Positions 35,101 to 47,106 of a DNA stretch of 64,000 nucleotides are shown here, piece by piece. The notes below the pieces were generated by a model, which saw only the letters and a program-made list of their open reading frames with translations, was not told the DNA's origin and did no database searches. Numbering within the stretch: the stretch's first letter is position 1; each line of letters begins with the position of its first letter. A program made the translations under genes and the position numbers. This stretch comes from Azolla caroliniana (lineage: Eukaryota; Plantae; Polypodiophyta): positions 17,174,001 through 17,238,000 of the forward strand of contig JBHGNT010000011.1 in the NCBI GenBank assembly GCA_043228905.1, given 5' to 3'.

Positions 35101-36078
35101 AAACGTGCGCTCTCTCTCTTTTTCTCTCCCATTCGGTTGCTTCCAGAACACGTCCAGAATCGTCTTCTCGGCTTCCCTTCTTCCCTCGTCCGAGACCCCC
35201 GTGGTCTCGCACTTCTACACATACGCTGTCGTGAAGAATTTCGGCCAGAGGCGGAAACTGGGAAATATTGGCTACATCGGCGGGGTGCAGCATGTGCGCT
35301 CACCCTTGTACATTTAGTGTGAATAACGAGGGTGCCTTTATGGCGCCGAAGAGTAGTCAAGTCGGGACAGAGAATCCCATGTAAGTCGGGATTTATCCCA
35401 CATTGTAACGCATCTCCCTCCTTCTTCTATAAAAGGATGGGAGCGCCTCTTGTGAAGGGGTTGCTCGTTTTTGCATTTGTAGGGTATATCGTTGCATTAA
35501 GAGACACCATCTCTTTCTCTTCCTCTTGTTTTAGGGTTTCGTTTCTTCTTCTTTCCTCTGCTTATTCCTCTTCTTCATTCTGAGTATCGAGCCTTGGCAT
35601 CTCGTGTTCCTATTTTCTGCCCGTTCTCTGTGCAAGACCACGCTCGGCACGACAAGCCCGAGAGCTCCCCGACCGACGGCTTGGCAGTAGACGACTGTTG
35701 TAACCTGAGCTACTTAGGTCGGGCTCGATACTAGTATTGTATCTTAGTCTTGTTATATATGCATGGAGGGTTCTGCGCACCGATGTTTGTGTGGGTGTTT
35801 TGGTGTTCTCTTACCTCCGTTTCTCTACATAAGGGCATGAGTAGGGTCGACGTCGTGTGTGTGTGTGTGTGTGAGTCGGTGTCAAGCGCGCTCTCTCTCT
35901 CTTCCTCTCTGTCTCTCTCTCTCTCCCTCGTTCGGTTGCTTCCGAAACGCGTCCAGAATCGTCTTCTCGGCTTCCCTTCTTCCCTCATCCAAGACCCCCA
36001 TGGTCCCGCCCTTCTACATGCACGCGCGTAATAACGCGACATCTTTGGTGAACCCGACGTCAAGGGCGGTAAGGGAGC

Positions 36079-36717
36079 ATGGAGTTGGAAGATGATGACC
36101 TCGCGAAGATGGTGGCCGAAGTGGTGTTGGAGTCTGCATGAGTGGTGATGAGGCGAGAAGCAGCGCAACAAGCGGTTGAGCGAGTGGTCGAAAGAGTCGG
36201 CCATTTCAACGAGGACAAAGTCCCATCTTACTTGGAAATCTACAATGCGGAAATGGAAGTGCGTGGCGTAGACGAGGCGTTGAGGCTGGAGTTCTTCGGT
36301 CAAGTCGTAGTTATCCGGATGCATGCGGAAGTAAAGGAGCTCCGTGAGGCTCATAGTTCGTGGGAGGCCTTCGAAGAGGCGCTCCTGAAGGCATATGGAG
36401 GGCGGCCGAAAGGCCGGGGAAGGCGTGACATCAACCAATGGATATTGTCAGCAAAGATCCACCGGGGCGCAATGAAGGCGTTCCGAGAGTACGAGCGGCG
36501 GCTTGCTCGGCTCCCGGAGTGGGAACAAGGTTTGGTGGGGGCGGACAAAGTCCTGATGTTCATTATGTTGATCGACTGAGCGGAACGGGAGGCCATCGGG
36601 ATTAAGCTCGAAGACGAGGACGGAGCGAATGGCCTCACCGAAGACTGGTCGAAGGTCGGAAGGGTGTACCAATGGCTAGATGACGAGCGAGCTGAGAAGG
36701 CTAAGAGGAAGGCGCGC
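36079..36717 (+). pseudogene. A2 gag-like ORF (stops; interrupted by B)
   Basis: FNEDKVPSYLEIYN..SWEAFEEALLKAY..GADKVLMF..GLTEDW, homologous to 44541-45333. Confidence 0.7.
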
Positions 36718-37442
36718 TGTCGTGAAGATTTTCGTCCACGAGCGAAAACCCGAGCAACGAGAGCCAAAGAGCGATGTGCAACGTTGCACACGTACATAAT
36801 GTATTTGTAATAATAATAGGGGAAAAGGGTATGGTGCTAGAAATGCCCCATAAGATCCCTAAGGTATAAAGGCGATGTGGTCTTGTGCGCACATCCACGC
36901 GGGAGAGAGAGAGAGGTACTATGCGGTACATAGGTACCTAGTTGTTTGTGAGGAGGTGGGAGTTAAGGGGCCATCAATTTCACCCTCCCCAAATCAAGGC
37001 AAATATCCCCTTTGAATGAAAGGGGATATTTTAGTCTCGTTTTTGTAAACGGTCTTCCCTCCTTGTGCTATAAAAGGAGAGGGAAGGTACCATTGTGAGG
37101 GTTGCCTATTTTGAGTGTGCGAGGTATACCAAATAGGTCGAGCGTTAGGGTTAGGGTTAGGGTTTTTTTATCTTCATCTTCATCTTCGTCGGTTAGGGTT
37201 TCGAGTAGTCGTTTGGTGCGGCCTACACGGCCACCATTTTTGTAATCGTTCACTTCGTTTTAATATATCTTGTTGATAATCTTGTCTCCATCTTCCTCTT
37301 GTTCGATCTAATCTCTTGTTCATTCTTCTTCTTCTTGAGCAAAGCTTCCATTCCATGTCCGATTCCTTCTCCTCTACTCCTTAGTCCAAGACCCCCGTGG
37401 TCCCGCCCTTCGCCACGCACGCGCGTAGCAACGCGACATATT

Positions 37443-37460
37443 TGGTGAACCCGACGTGAA
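37443..37460 (+). promoter_or_regulatory. Primer-binding site complementary to the tRNA-Trp 3' end
   Basis: Reverse complement TTCACGTCGGGTTCACCA matches the plant cytosolic tRNA-Trp 3' end as recalled. Confidence 0.8.
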
Positions 37461-37482
37461 GAGGCAGCAAGGGAGGAAGGAG

Positions 37483-38543
37483 ATGGAAGACAGAGACATC
37501 GCAGAAGTAATTACGGGAATGGCAAGGGATTTCGCAAGAAGGAGAGAAAGACGGGAAGAGGCGTACAAGTACGATCGACGCGAGTTCAATCTATGGGTGT
37601 TGTCGGCAAAGGCTCCTCGAAGCGCAATGAAGGCATTCCGGGAGTTCGATCTCCGGTTTTCCCAACTTTCGGTCCGGGATCAAGAATCGGTGGGGGCGGA
37701 CAAGGTCCCACTATTCTTGAAGTCGGTCAACGAAAGGGGGAGAATGGCCATTTTTCCCTACCTCGAAGACGATGAAGGGGCGTACGGCCTCACCGAAGAT
37801 TGGAACGAGGTGGAATGGGCGTGGCGTGCATACAATGCGATGAGAGGCGGTCGGCCACAACGCGGCCCGCGAGCGACGGAGAAGAGAGAGCGGCGACCGA
37901 CTACGCACTACCGCCGGAAGAGAGCTCAACGCAAATCGGTTCGGAGGAGCTCGACATCGAAGCCTTGGTGCGAGAAGCGTACGAGATCGTAGAGGCACAA
38001 ATCGAAGCCGAAGAAGGGCTTATTGCGGAGTCGGGGCCGAGCGGATTGGAGGATGAGGAGGCCAAAAGGGAATGGTACATCGGTACCACGGGAGAGGGTG
38101 CGGAGCGAGCCACCCTCTCGACATGTGGAGAAAGATCGACCGAGGACGAGGTCGGGGACGGTGAGGCGGCGATCGCCGGTTCGAGTGGACATGAGGGAGT
38201 TCGGGCAAGGAGGCCCAAAACATCGAGTGAGGAGGAGACAAGCGGCGGTGCCGCGACCTTACACAAACCGGTCCTAGAGACTCCGGCAACCGGCCCGAGA
38301 GCCGGTGTGAGACCTAGAGAGACGGACGGTGGCGGCGGCAAGGCAGGCAACCGAAATGACGAAGAGGAGGTTTGTAGCGGACGGAGGCGAGATCCCTCGA
38401 CACCGGGGCCGGAGACTTCGGCGGTTGCGCCTGAGCGCAGACATAAGACCGGAGAAATGGGCGGTGGCCGTGAGGATGAGAGGCCTGGAGTGGGCACATG
38501 CGAAAAGACCGAAGGAGAGGTCCGGAGCGGCATCGAGGAGTGA
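37483..38543 (+). pseudogene. B gag-like ORF (frameshifted)
   Basis: AMKAFREFD..GADKVPLFLKS..GLTEDWNEV, then an acidic low-complexity tail. Confidence 0.65.
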
Positions 38544-41500
38544 GTCGGGAACCGACCCGACCGAAAGATGAGCCGGTCGGTAATCCGACCCGACCGGGAG
38601 GCAGAGCGGAAGAAGAGTGAAGCGGGGTCCGGTCAACCGGGCCCAAACCGAAGAAGAACCGGCAAGGCCGGATTTGCGCGGACAAACATGTACCGGCCGG
38701 TTACGATTACGGAAGGAAGCCGACCAAACCGGAACTCGATCGGCCGAGACCGATCCGGGCGAAGGCTAAGTCGGCATGATTGGAGATCGGGGAGGACGGG
38801 TCACAACACGCGACGAGAGCCGGTGAGCGTATTGAGGAGGCCTAGTGGGCACGGTGATCACGGCTTGCTAGAAGACCGAGAGCGAGAGGGACCCTCCACA
38901 CCCATTCTAGAGACTTCGGCGGTTGCGGATCAACGTGAGACCGGATAGACAGCGGGTGGCGGCGAGGAGTCGGAGGCCGAAGTGGACAAAGTTATCGGAG
39001 CGGGTATCCAGTATGAGATGATGGACGAGTGGGTCCAAGATGGCGAGCCCGGGTCGGAACAGGCTACGGTGACAAAGGAAGAAGTGGCCAACGCGGAGGT
39101 CGGGTCTACGGCGGATGAAGGGCGTAACACGAAGCATGCATTACGGTCGGTGAAGGGCCCAAGAACGAGCATGCATCCGAGAGAGCGTCAACGAGTGACC
39201 GGAAACGGTGGACCGATTGAGCCTTTGAGAGGCGAGGACTCGGTGGTGGACTGAGAGTGGGAGGAGCCCTCCACACCTACCCGTGAGGCATCGGTGGTCG
39301 CGGATCGAAAGGAGAACGAAGAAACAGTGGGTAGCGGCGAGGAGTTGGAGACCGACGCGGAGGTCGGGTCTACGGCAGAAGCGCGACATGAGACGCATGC
39401 AATACGGCCGGTGGAGGGCCAAGACACAAGCATGCATACGGCGGATGGGCGACAACGATTGACCGACGATGACGGTCGGGTCAAGCCTTCGAGAGGCAAG
39501 CGCGGGACGAAGGACAGCGCGGCGAAACACCAAGACCGACGACATGGGCCGAGCGCGATCGGCATGAGCGGAGAGTCGTGTCTTGAGAACCGAAGAAGGT
39601 GCGCGGAGAGCGACGGGCTACGCGCCGGGAAGAGGAAACGCGGCTTCCCGGAGGGCATGCAAGGCCAAGCGGCCCAAGAGGGCGCAAGTCGAGGCGAAGC
39701 AGTAACGAGAGCCTCGAGGGACACCGACACGGAGGTCAGGATGACAGTACGCTCTACCGCGAGAGAGCACGGAGAACAACGGGGAAAGCCTACGGAAGGC
39801 CAGCGCGGAGCGGAGAGAATCGGCACGCCGAGGTGTGCGGCACGCAAAGGGCGGAATCCGGCATGCGACCGGGAGCGCATCCGGGGGATATACGAGGCGG
39901 ACAAAGGAAGAGCAACCGGGTCGGCGACGGCGTTCGGGAGGACCGAACGGGGAGGAAAGCACGGGCATCGGATACGGTGGGTCGGGTGTAGTCGGTGGTT
40001 CAAGGACCCACGGTGGACGTGGCGGATCAGGTGGAGGCAACGACTCGGCAAACATCGTCGAGGGTGGCGGATCGGATGGCGCCGACGGTTCGAGACCATT
40101 CGGTGAGGATGGTGGACCGGAAGGCAGTTGTGGTTCGTGTGGACAGGGTGGTCTTGCTCGAAGTGGAGGACAAAACCGGGCGGGCCCACGAGGGCGCTAA
40201 GGACTCGGCCGGTCGTCATGGCCGAAAATCTCGTGTTCTCTCCCCTATGTTTTGGCACATACCGGTGGATGTGCGGTTAGGTGGGGGCGGATGTCGTGAA
40301 GATTTTCGTCCACGAGCGGAAACCCGAGCAATGAGAGCCAAAGAGCGATGTTGCACACGTACATAATGTATTTGTAATAATAATAGGGGAAAAGGGTATG
40401 GTGCATTAGGGTTAGGGTTAGGGTTTCTTTATCTTGATCTTGATCTTCGTCGGTTAGGGTTTCGAGTAGTCGTTTGGTGCGGCCTACGCGGCCACCATTT
40501 TTGTAATCGTTCACTTCGTTTTAATATATCTTGTTGATAATCTTGTCTCCATCTTCCTCTTGTTCGATCTAATCTCTTGTTCATTCTTCTTCTTCTTGAG
40601 CAAAGCTTCCATTCCATGTCCGATTCCTTCTCCTCTACTCCTTAGTCCAAGACCCCCGTGGTCCCGCCCTTCGCCACGCACGCGCGTAGCAACGCGACGG
40701 CGTGCCATCACAGCGGGAAGAGGCCGAACGGCAAAGAGAGTCGACAAGGGTCGGCATTGGGGCTAGCATTGCGGAGGCGTGCGCAGCTCTCGAGGCGATG
40801 CTCGAGGAAGAGGAAAGATCGAGGCCGCAAGCCGAGACCGAGGAAACAGACTTGCCCCACGCGATGGCGGAAAACCGGTACCACGGTACCACGGGAGAGG
40901 GTGAGGAGCAAGACGCCCTCTCGACTTGTAGAGAATTGCCGACGGAGGACAAGGTCGGGAGCGGAGAAGAGCCATCCACGCGGATTCCGGAGACTCCAGT
41001 GGTCGAGCCCGTGTGCCGACATGAGACCGGAGAGAAGGAAGGCGCCGACGAGGAGTCCTAGCAAGATGCCAGTGAAGAGGGATGGGAAACAGCCTGCGAG
41101 GAGGCCAAGGACGAAGGCGGCACGGAAAGATCGGCATTCCGATTCGAACGGGGCGTGATCCGGACGTGGATGACTCGACCGAAACCGGCCTAAGGCGCGA
41201 AAGACCAACGACGGGCTATCGAGCCCGATTGGTAGGGCTTGGTTCGGTACAATAGTGCCGACGCGGAAGAGGGTGCGAAACAAATCGCCCTCTTTTACAT
41301 AAGGACACAAGCCGGCCAGGCGAAGGCCGCAAATCGGGAAACCGGTGATCGAGGTTGCGGAGAGAGACCGATAGGTTCCGGACACCGCTGCTCGAAACTC
41401 CGGACATTGGAGAATCAAGTGCAAGCGGCACTAGATCGATCGAAGTCTAGATACTTCTCACTGAACGTGCTTGGGGAGCGGTACCCCGAACGAACGTCCG

Positions 41501-44340
41501 CAAATCATTAGGAGACGGAAACACCACGTCTTATCCGGAGACTCATGCAGCCGGCAACGAGCGCCAACGTGAGACCTGGAGTGAAGGGAGATGGAGGCGG
41601 GTACGCGAGAAGGAGAGCGACGATGAGTTCGGGAGAAGTACAGGGGGGTGAAGAGAAGAACGAAGACCGGTCCTACGAAGATCTTCACACCGATCCGGTT
41701 GTCGGCCCGAGTGCCGGCGTGAGTCCTATAGGAGAGGTCGGTGGCAACAGGAGGACGGGACCCGGCAATCCAGAGAATGAGGAACGGACTCAGACGAGAA
41801 TCGGGCGGAGCGGACTCTCGGATAACCATTCCGGGAGGGAGGAAGAGAGCAGGCCTACGAGAGGCCGAGGACACGATACGTTAGTACCACGGGAGAGGGT
41901 GTGGAGCGAGCCACCCTCTCGGCTTGCGAAAGAAGGAAGACCTAGGATAAGGGTCAGAGATACGACGAGCCGGAGGAGAATCCTTCACACCGGATCCGGA
42001 GACTCCGACAGTTGGCCCGAGAGCCGGCGTGAGACAATCGGTGGCGGCGAGGGGTTGAAGGCAAAGAACTGCGGGTGGGCAAACCGAGGTCCCACGAAGA
42101 TCCTCACACCAACCCAGTGGTCGGCCCGAGAGACGGCGTGAGTCCTATAGGAAAGGACGGTGGTGGCAGGCGAACATGTTCGGAGTACGGAAAACGGAGA
42201 AGGAAGGTATCAGGCCGGCGAAGCGGCTATGAACCGAATCGGACCGACCGGCAAGGTCACGGGCATAAGGAAGTCCGGTCCTACGGGATCCCCACACTGA
42301 ACCAGAGACTCCGGCAGTTCGGCCAACGTGGCAACATGAGATCAAGAGAGAAAGTTAGTGACGGCGGGAAACGGGACCCGGCAACATGAAGGCGAGCCCT
42401 GGCTACTCGGAAGACACGAGGAGAGTCACGAAGGACTACGGCAAAACACACTTGAATTTCGGCAAGCAGAGAAACGAAGTCCGGTCCTATGGGACCCTCA
42501 CAACGATCCGGAGACTCCGGCGGCCAGCTAACGGGAGTCGACGTGAGACCTAGGGAGAAGGATGGTAGCGGTAGGGAATGGGACCAGGCGACACGAGATA
42601 ACGGATCAGGAGTCGGTAAGAGGGGTCGGATGAAGTGCCAGTAGGGGCAAACACGGGGAGGTGTGTCGGGCCGGAAACGCACACCTGGGATGGAACAAGA
42701 GTCTCGCAAGTGGCCATTGCGGGCCGGATCGAAGCGTGAATACGGGACAATCTTCGGCACGGGCGGTGCCGAACAAAGGAAGCGGAAGACGGCACAAGGG
42801 AGGTGCCGGGAACGAAGTGACAGGTGCATAGTGGACTGCACAAGGTCGGAGTCAGGGAATGACAAGGGAGTCCGGAGGAGGATCCTCCACACTCGCTTCG
42901 TAGATCTCGGCAGCTCAATCAGATTAGCGAAGATTGACACGGCAAGCCCGGGATGACAAGCTGGTGGGGGCGAGGGGACGACGACAAGCGGAAGACTCAG
43001 GACCTGTTGCAGCAACGCGAAATGGGAAGGGCCAAGCAGGCTACTATAGGGTGTAAGGGGCCGACAATGCGTGCAAAGAACCGGAGTGCGGCACAGGCAG
43101 TGCCAAACAACGGACGAGGGTATGCGGCACACGGAGGTGCCGAAGCGGAAAGGCGAGCGCGAAGATGGGTTCCGCGGTTCAGAGATAGCGCGTAGAAGGC
43201 CAGAGAAGGATCCTACACACCATTCCAGAGACCATGGCGGTTCGAGCCGACATGGCGACATAAGACCATGGAGAAGGAAGGTGGCGGTGAGAGGATGAAG
43301 GCAACGCGAAACAACATGGGACGGCAATCAGGACAAAACCAATGGTCGACGAAGGCCGAGCGAGCCACTACGGGCGTTCCTCAAGCGGAGGACATCGGGC
43401 ACATGGTGGAGAGCGGGGCGTGCATACGGCCGAAGAAGGGCCAGCGGAAGTACACGTACTACGAAGATCGCGGCGAAGGACCCATCGACGGGTCGAACGA
43501 GCCTACGGGGAGGTAAGCGCGAAGGAAGAACTGAAGCCGACGATTCAAACTAGCAATGAGCCGGGATGCGAATTACGATTGTCCGGTTTCTCATCGGCCG
43601 AAATCTCTCACCCTTCACCGGATTTGGCACGTACCGGTGGACGTGCGGTTTGGTGGGGACGGATGTCGTGAAGAATTTCGGCCGAAGGCGGAAACCGGGA
43701 AATATTGGCTACATCGGCGGGGTGCAGCATGTGCGCTCACCCTTGTACATTTAGTGTGAATAACGAGGGCGCCTTTATGGCAACGACGAGTAGTCAAGTC
43801 GGAACAGAGAATCCCATGTAAGTCGGGATTTATCCCACATTGTAACGCATCTCCCTCCTTGTTCTATAAAAGGATGGGAGCGCCTCTTGTGAAGGGGTTG
43901 CCCGTTTTTGCATTCGTAGGGTATACCGTTGGATTAAGAGACACCATCTCTTTCTCTAACTCTTGTTTTAGGGTTTCGTTTCTTCTTCTTTCCTCTGCTT
44001 ATTCCTCTTCGTCATTCTGAGTATCGAGCCTTGGCATCTCGTGTTCCTATTTTCTACCCGTTCTCTATGCAAGACCCCACTCGGCACGACAAGCCCGAGA
44101 GCTCCCCCCTGGACCGGCGGCTTGGCAGTAGACGACTGTTGTAACCTGAGCTACTTAGGTCAGGCTCGATACCAGTATTGTATCTTAGTCTTGTTATATA
44201 TGCATGGAGGGTTCTGCGCACCGATGTTTGTGTGGGTGTTTTGGTGTTCTCTTACCTCTGTTTCTGTACATAAGGGCATGAGTAGGGTCGTCGTGTGTGT
44301 GTGTGTGTGAGTCGGTGTCCAGCGCGCGCGCTCTCTCTTC

Positions 44341-44371
<31 letters not shown>

Positions 44372-44540
44372 GTTCGGTTGCTTCCGGAACGCGTCCAGAA
44401 TCGTCTTCTCAGCTTCCCTTCTTCCCTCGTCCAAGACCCCCGTGGTCCCTCCCTTCTACACGCACGCGCGTAATAATGCGACAACACGCGAAACTTCGTG
44501 ACATCTTTGGTGAACCCAACGTGAAGGGCGGCAAGGGAGC

Positions 44541-45333
44541 ATGGAGTCAGAAGATGATGACCTCGCGAAGATGGTGGCCGAAGTCGTGTTGGAGTCTGCA
44601 CGAGTGGTGATGAGGCGAGAAGCAGCGCAACAAGCGGTTGAGCGAGTGGTCGAAAGAGTCGGCCGTTTCAACGGGGACAAGGTCGCATTCCACTTGGAAG
44701 CCTACAACGCCGAAATGGAAGTGCGTGGCGCAGATGAGGCATTGAGGTTGGAGTTCTTCCGTCAGGTCCTAGCTGTCCGGATACATGCGGAAGTAAAGGA
44801 GCTCCGTGAGGCTTGTAGTTCATGGGATGCCTTCGAAGAGGCGTTCCTGAAGGCATATGGAGGGCAGCCGAAAGGCAGGGGAAGGCGTGACCTCGACCAA
44901 TGGATATTGTCAGCGCAAACCCACCGGGGCGCAATGAAGGCGTTCCGAGAGTACGAACGGCGGCTTGCTCGGCTCCCGGAGCGGGAACAAGGTTTGGTAG
45001 GGGCGGACAAAGTCCTGTTGTTCGTTAAGTCGATCGACCAAGCGGAACGGGAGGCCATCGGGATTAAGCTTGAAGATGAGGACGGAGCGAATGGCCTCAC
45101 CGAGGACTGGTCGAAGGTTGGTAGGGTGTGCCAACGGCTAGATAACGAGCGAGCCGAGAAGGCTAAGAGGAAGGCATGCGACGGCGTGCCATCACAACGG
45201 GAAGAAGCCGAACGGCAAAGCGAGTCGACAAGGGTATGCATTGGGGCCAGGATTGTGGAGGCGTACGCAGCTCTCGAGGCGATGCTCGAGGAAGAGGAAA
45301 GATCGAGGCCGCAAGCCAAGACCAAGGAGACGG
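44541..45333 (+). CDS. A1 gag-like protein (interrupted by solo LTR C)
   Basis: ATG follows the PBS, and the frame is open to the insertion: FNGDKVAFHLEAYN, SWDAFEEAFLKAY. Confidence 0.7.
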
Positions 45334-45686
45334 TGTCGTGGCGTGGCTCGCCTAGAAGCGTAGCGTTGCGCACACAAAGGATAACGTGAAAGTGAGGAAG
45401 GAATCACTGGGATTATGGACGGAAGAGACGAAAGAGTAGAGATAGAGTGAATAGAGATCAATAAGTTATGACAAAATAGGATTTTTAAGGAATATAAGAT
45501 AAGACAAGATAAGATATAAAATAATATATGAGAAAGTGTATGAACTTTATAATCATTTTCATGAAAGAGTTACAAAATGATTGTGCACATCGTTGAACCT
45601 CCGAACTTTGTCTTGCAAGGTAATCGCTCTTCTCTTTCTTGATCGTAGACCATTACAATCTTCACTTCAATATTTTGATGAAGATA

Positions 45687-45740
45687 AGGCTCGAACCGCC
45701 TCCCTCTTGTTGAGAGTTGACCACCACGACCGCCAAGCTA
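45687..45740 (-). promoter_or_regulatory. tRNA-like A/B-box module (LTR C, #3)
   Basis: Minus strand TAGCTTGGCGGT...GGTTCGAGCC at tRNA spacing. Confidence 0.65.
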
Positions 45741-46070
45741 GAGCTCCACGTTTATGTTAAACTTCTTCCCTTCTTTCTCTATTTTTATGGTATCTCTTAT
45801 GAAGTACATAATTTGATTGATATCTCATACATATCCCCCCTTTTGATCTTCTCTTTCACCCTTTAAATAGGTGCCCCCATGCATATGATGCATTGGAGGG
45901 TACAAGTCATGCATGTAGTGCATGAAATGCATGTGATGCATGATCGCCATTTGGCGTTCATGCATTACATGTGATGCACGATAAACATCTCGCTCATTTG
46001 AGCTTTTATGTATGAAACAATATATGCAATAACAATAAACATGAAAATATAATCTTAAAGAGAAAGGGCC

Positions 46071-46125
46071 TAGCCTAATGGTAGGTGTGTTGACTTTGGT
46101 GTATGAGATTGTTGGTTCGAGTCTC
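46071..46125 (+). promoter_or_regulatory. tRNA-like A/B-box module (LTR C, #1)
   Basis: TAGCCTAATGGTAGG...GGTTCGAGTC at tRNA spacing. Confidence 0.7.
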
Positions 46126-46228
46126 AAAATACTACAACATACAACTTTATTTTTATATCATGAAGCAAATCCTTTATGTAATATAAAGTATATATAAAGT
46201 ATGCTTTATTTTTTATATATTACTAGTA

Positions 46229-46281
46229 TAGAGTAAATGGTAAGATTTCAGTCATAGGGTGGGGTTATTGGTTCAAGTCCT
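46229..46281 (+). promoter_or_regulatory. tRNA-like A/B-box module (LTR C, #2)
   Basis: TAGAGTAAATGGTAAG...GGTTCAAGTCC. Confidence 0.55.
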
Positions 46282-47106
46282 CTCTTGTTCGTGTAATATA
46301 ATATATTTATCTATATATATATATTAGTTTTCTTTACATATATATCTAATATTATCATATGTGTTGTTAATATTATCTTTATATATAAAACATTATCAAA
46401 TGTTATTTTAGTTACGTATTTATCTTATTGTAGACTTTTAATGTGAAGCTTTCGTACTTCACGACAACGGACTTGCCCCACGTAATGGCGGAAGACCGGT
46501 ACCACGGTACCACGGGAGAGGGTGTGGAACATAACTCCCTCTCGACTCGCGGAGAATTGCCGACCGAGGACAAGATCGGGAGCGAAAAACAGCCCTCCAC
46601 GCGGATCCCGGAGAGTCCGGTGGTCGAGCTCGTGTGCCGACATGAGACCGGAGAGAAGGAAGGCGTTGACGAGGAGTCCTGGCATGATGCTAGTGTTGAT
46701 GGATGGGAAACGGCCTGCGAGGAGGCCAAGGACGGAGGCAGCACGGAAAGATTGGCATTCCGATTCGAATGGAGCGTGATCCTGATGTGGATGACTCGAC
46801 CGAAACAGGCCCAAGGCACGAAAGACCAGGGACGGGTTATAGAGCCCGATAAGTAGGGCTCGGTTCGGTACAATAGTGCCGGCGTGGAAGAGGGTGCAAA
46901 ACAAATCGCCCTCTTTTACATGAGGACACAAGCTAGCCAGGAGAAGGCCGCAGATCGGGAAGCTAGCGATCGAGGTTGCGGAGAGAGACTGGCATGTTTC
47001 GAACACCGTTGCCCGAGACTCCGGACATTGGAGAATCAAGTGCATGCGGCACGTGATCGATCGAAGTCTAGATGCTTCTCATCGAACGTGCTTGGGGAGC
47101 GGTACC

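Larger units (their letters stand above)
36718..40698 (+). mobile_element. Element B: related gag-only LTR element nested in A2
   Basis: LTRs at 36718-37438 and 40292-40698 (the latter internally deleted by ~310 bp). 18-nt PBS TGGTGAACCCGACGTGAA at 37443-37460, PPT GGTGGGGGCGGA. Confidence 0.9.
35227..44483 (+). mobile_element. Element A2: same family, inserted into the A1 5' LTR; TSD ACGC/ACAC
   Basis: LTRs at 35227-36041 and 43664-44483. PBS TGGTGAACCCGACGT at 36046-36060. The internal region parallels that of A1. Confidence 0.9.
45334..46466 (-). mobile_element. Solo LTR C (1133 bp, AT-rich); 4-bp TSD ACGG
   Basis: TGTCGTG..CACGACA termini, and the minus start TGTCGTGAAG matches the A/B LTRs. 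ACGG at 45330-45333 and 46467-46470. The host is uninterrupted in the paralogous site near 40845. Confidence 0.9.

Noticed and set aside
37900-43600. Many long overlapping ORFs on both strands (e.g. 39188-40258, 42281-43327)
   Set aside because: GC-rich, stop-poor composition, no domains, and frames are not conserved between the A1 and A2 paralogs.
46064-46135. Functional tRNA genes at the A/B-box modules
   Set aside because: Acceptor and anticodon stems do not pair in any module, so they are reported as tRNA-like promoter modules only.
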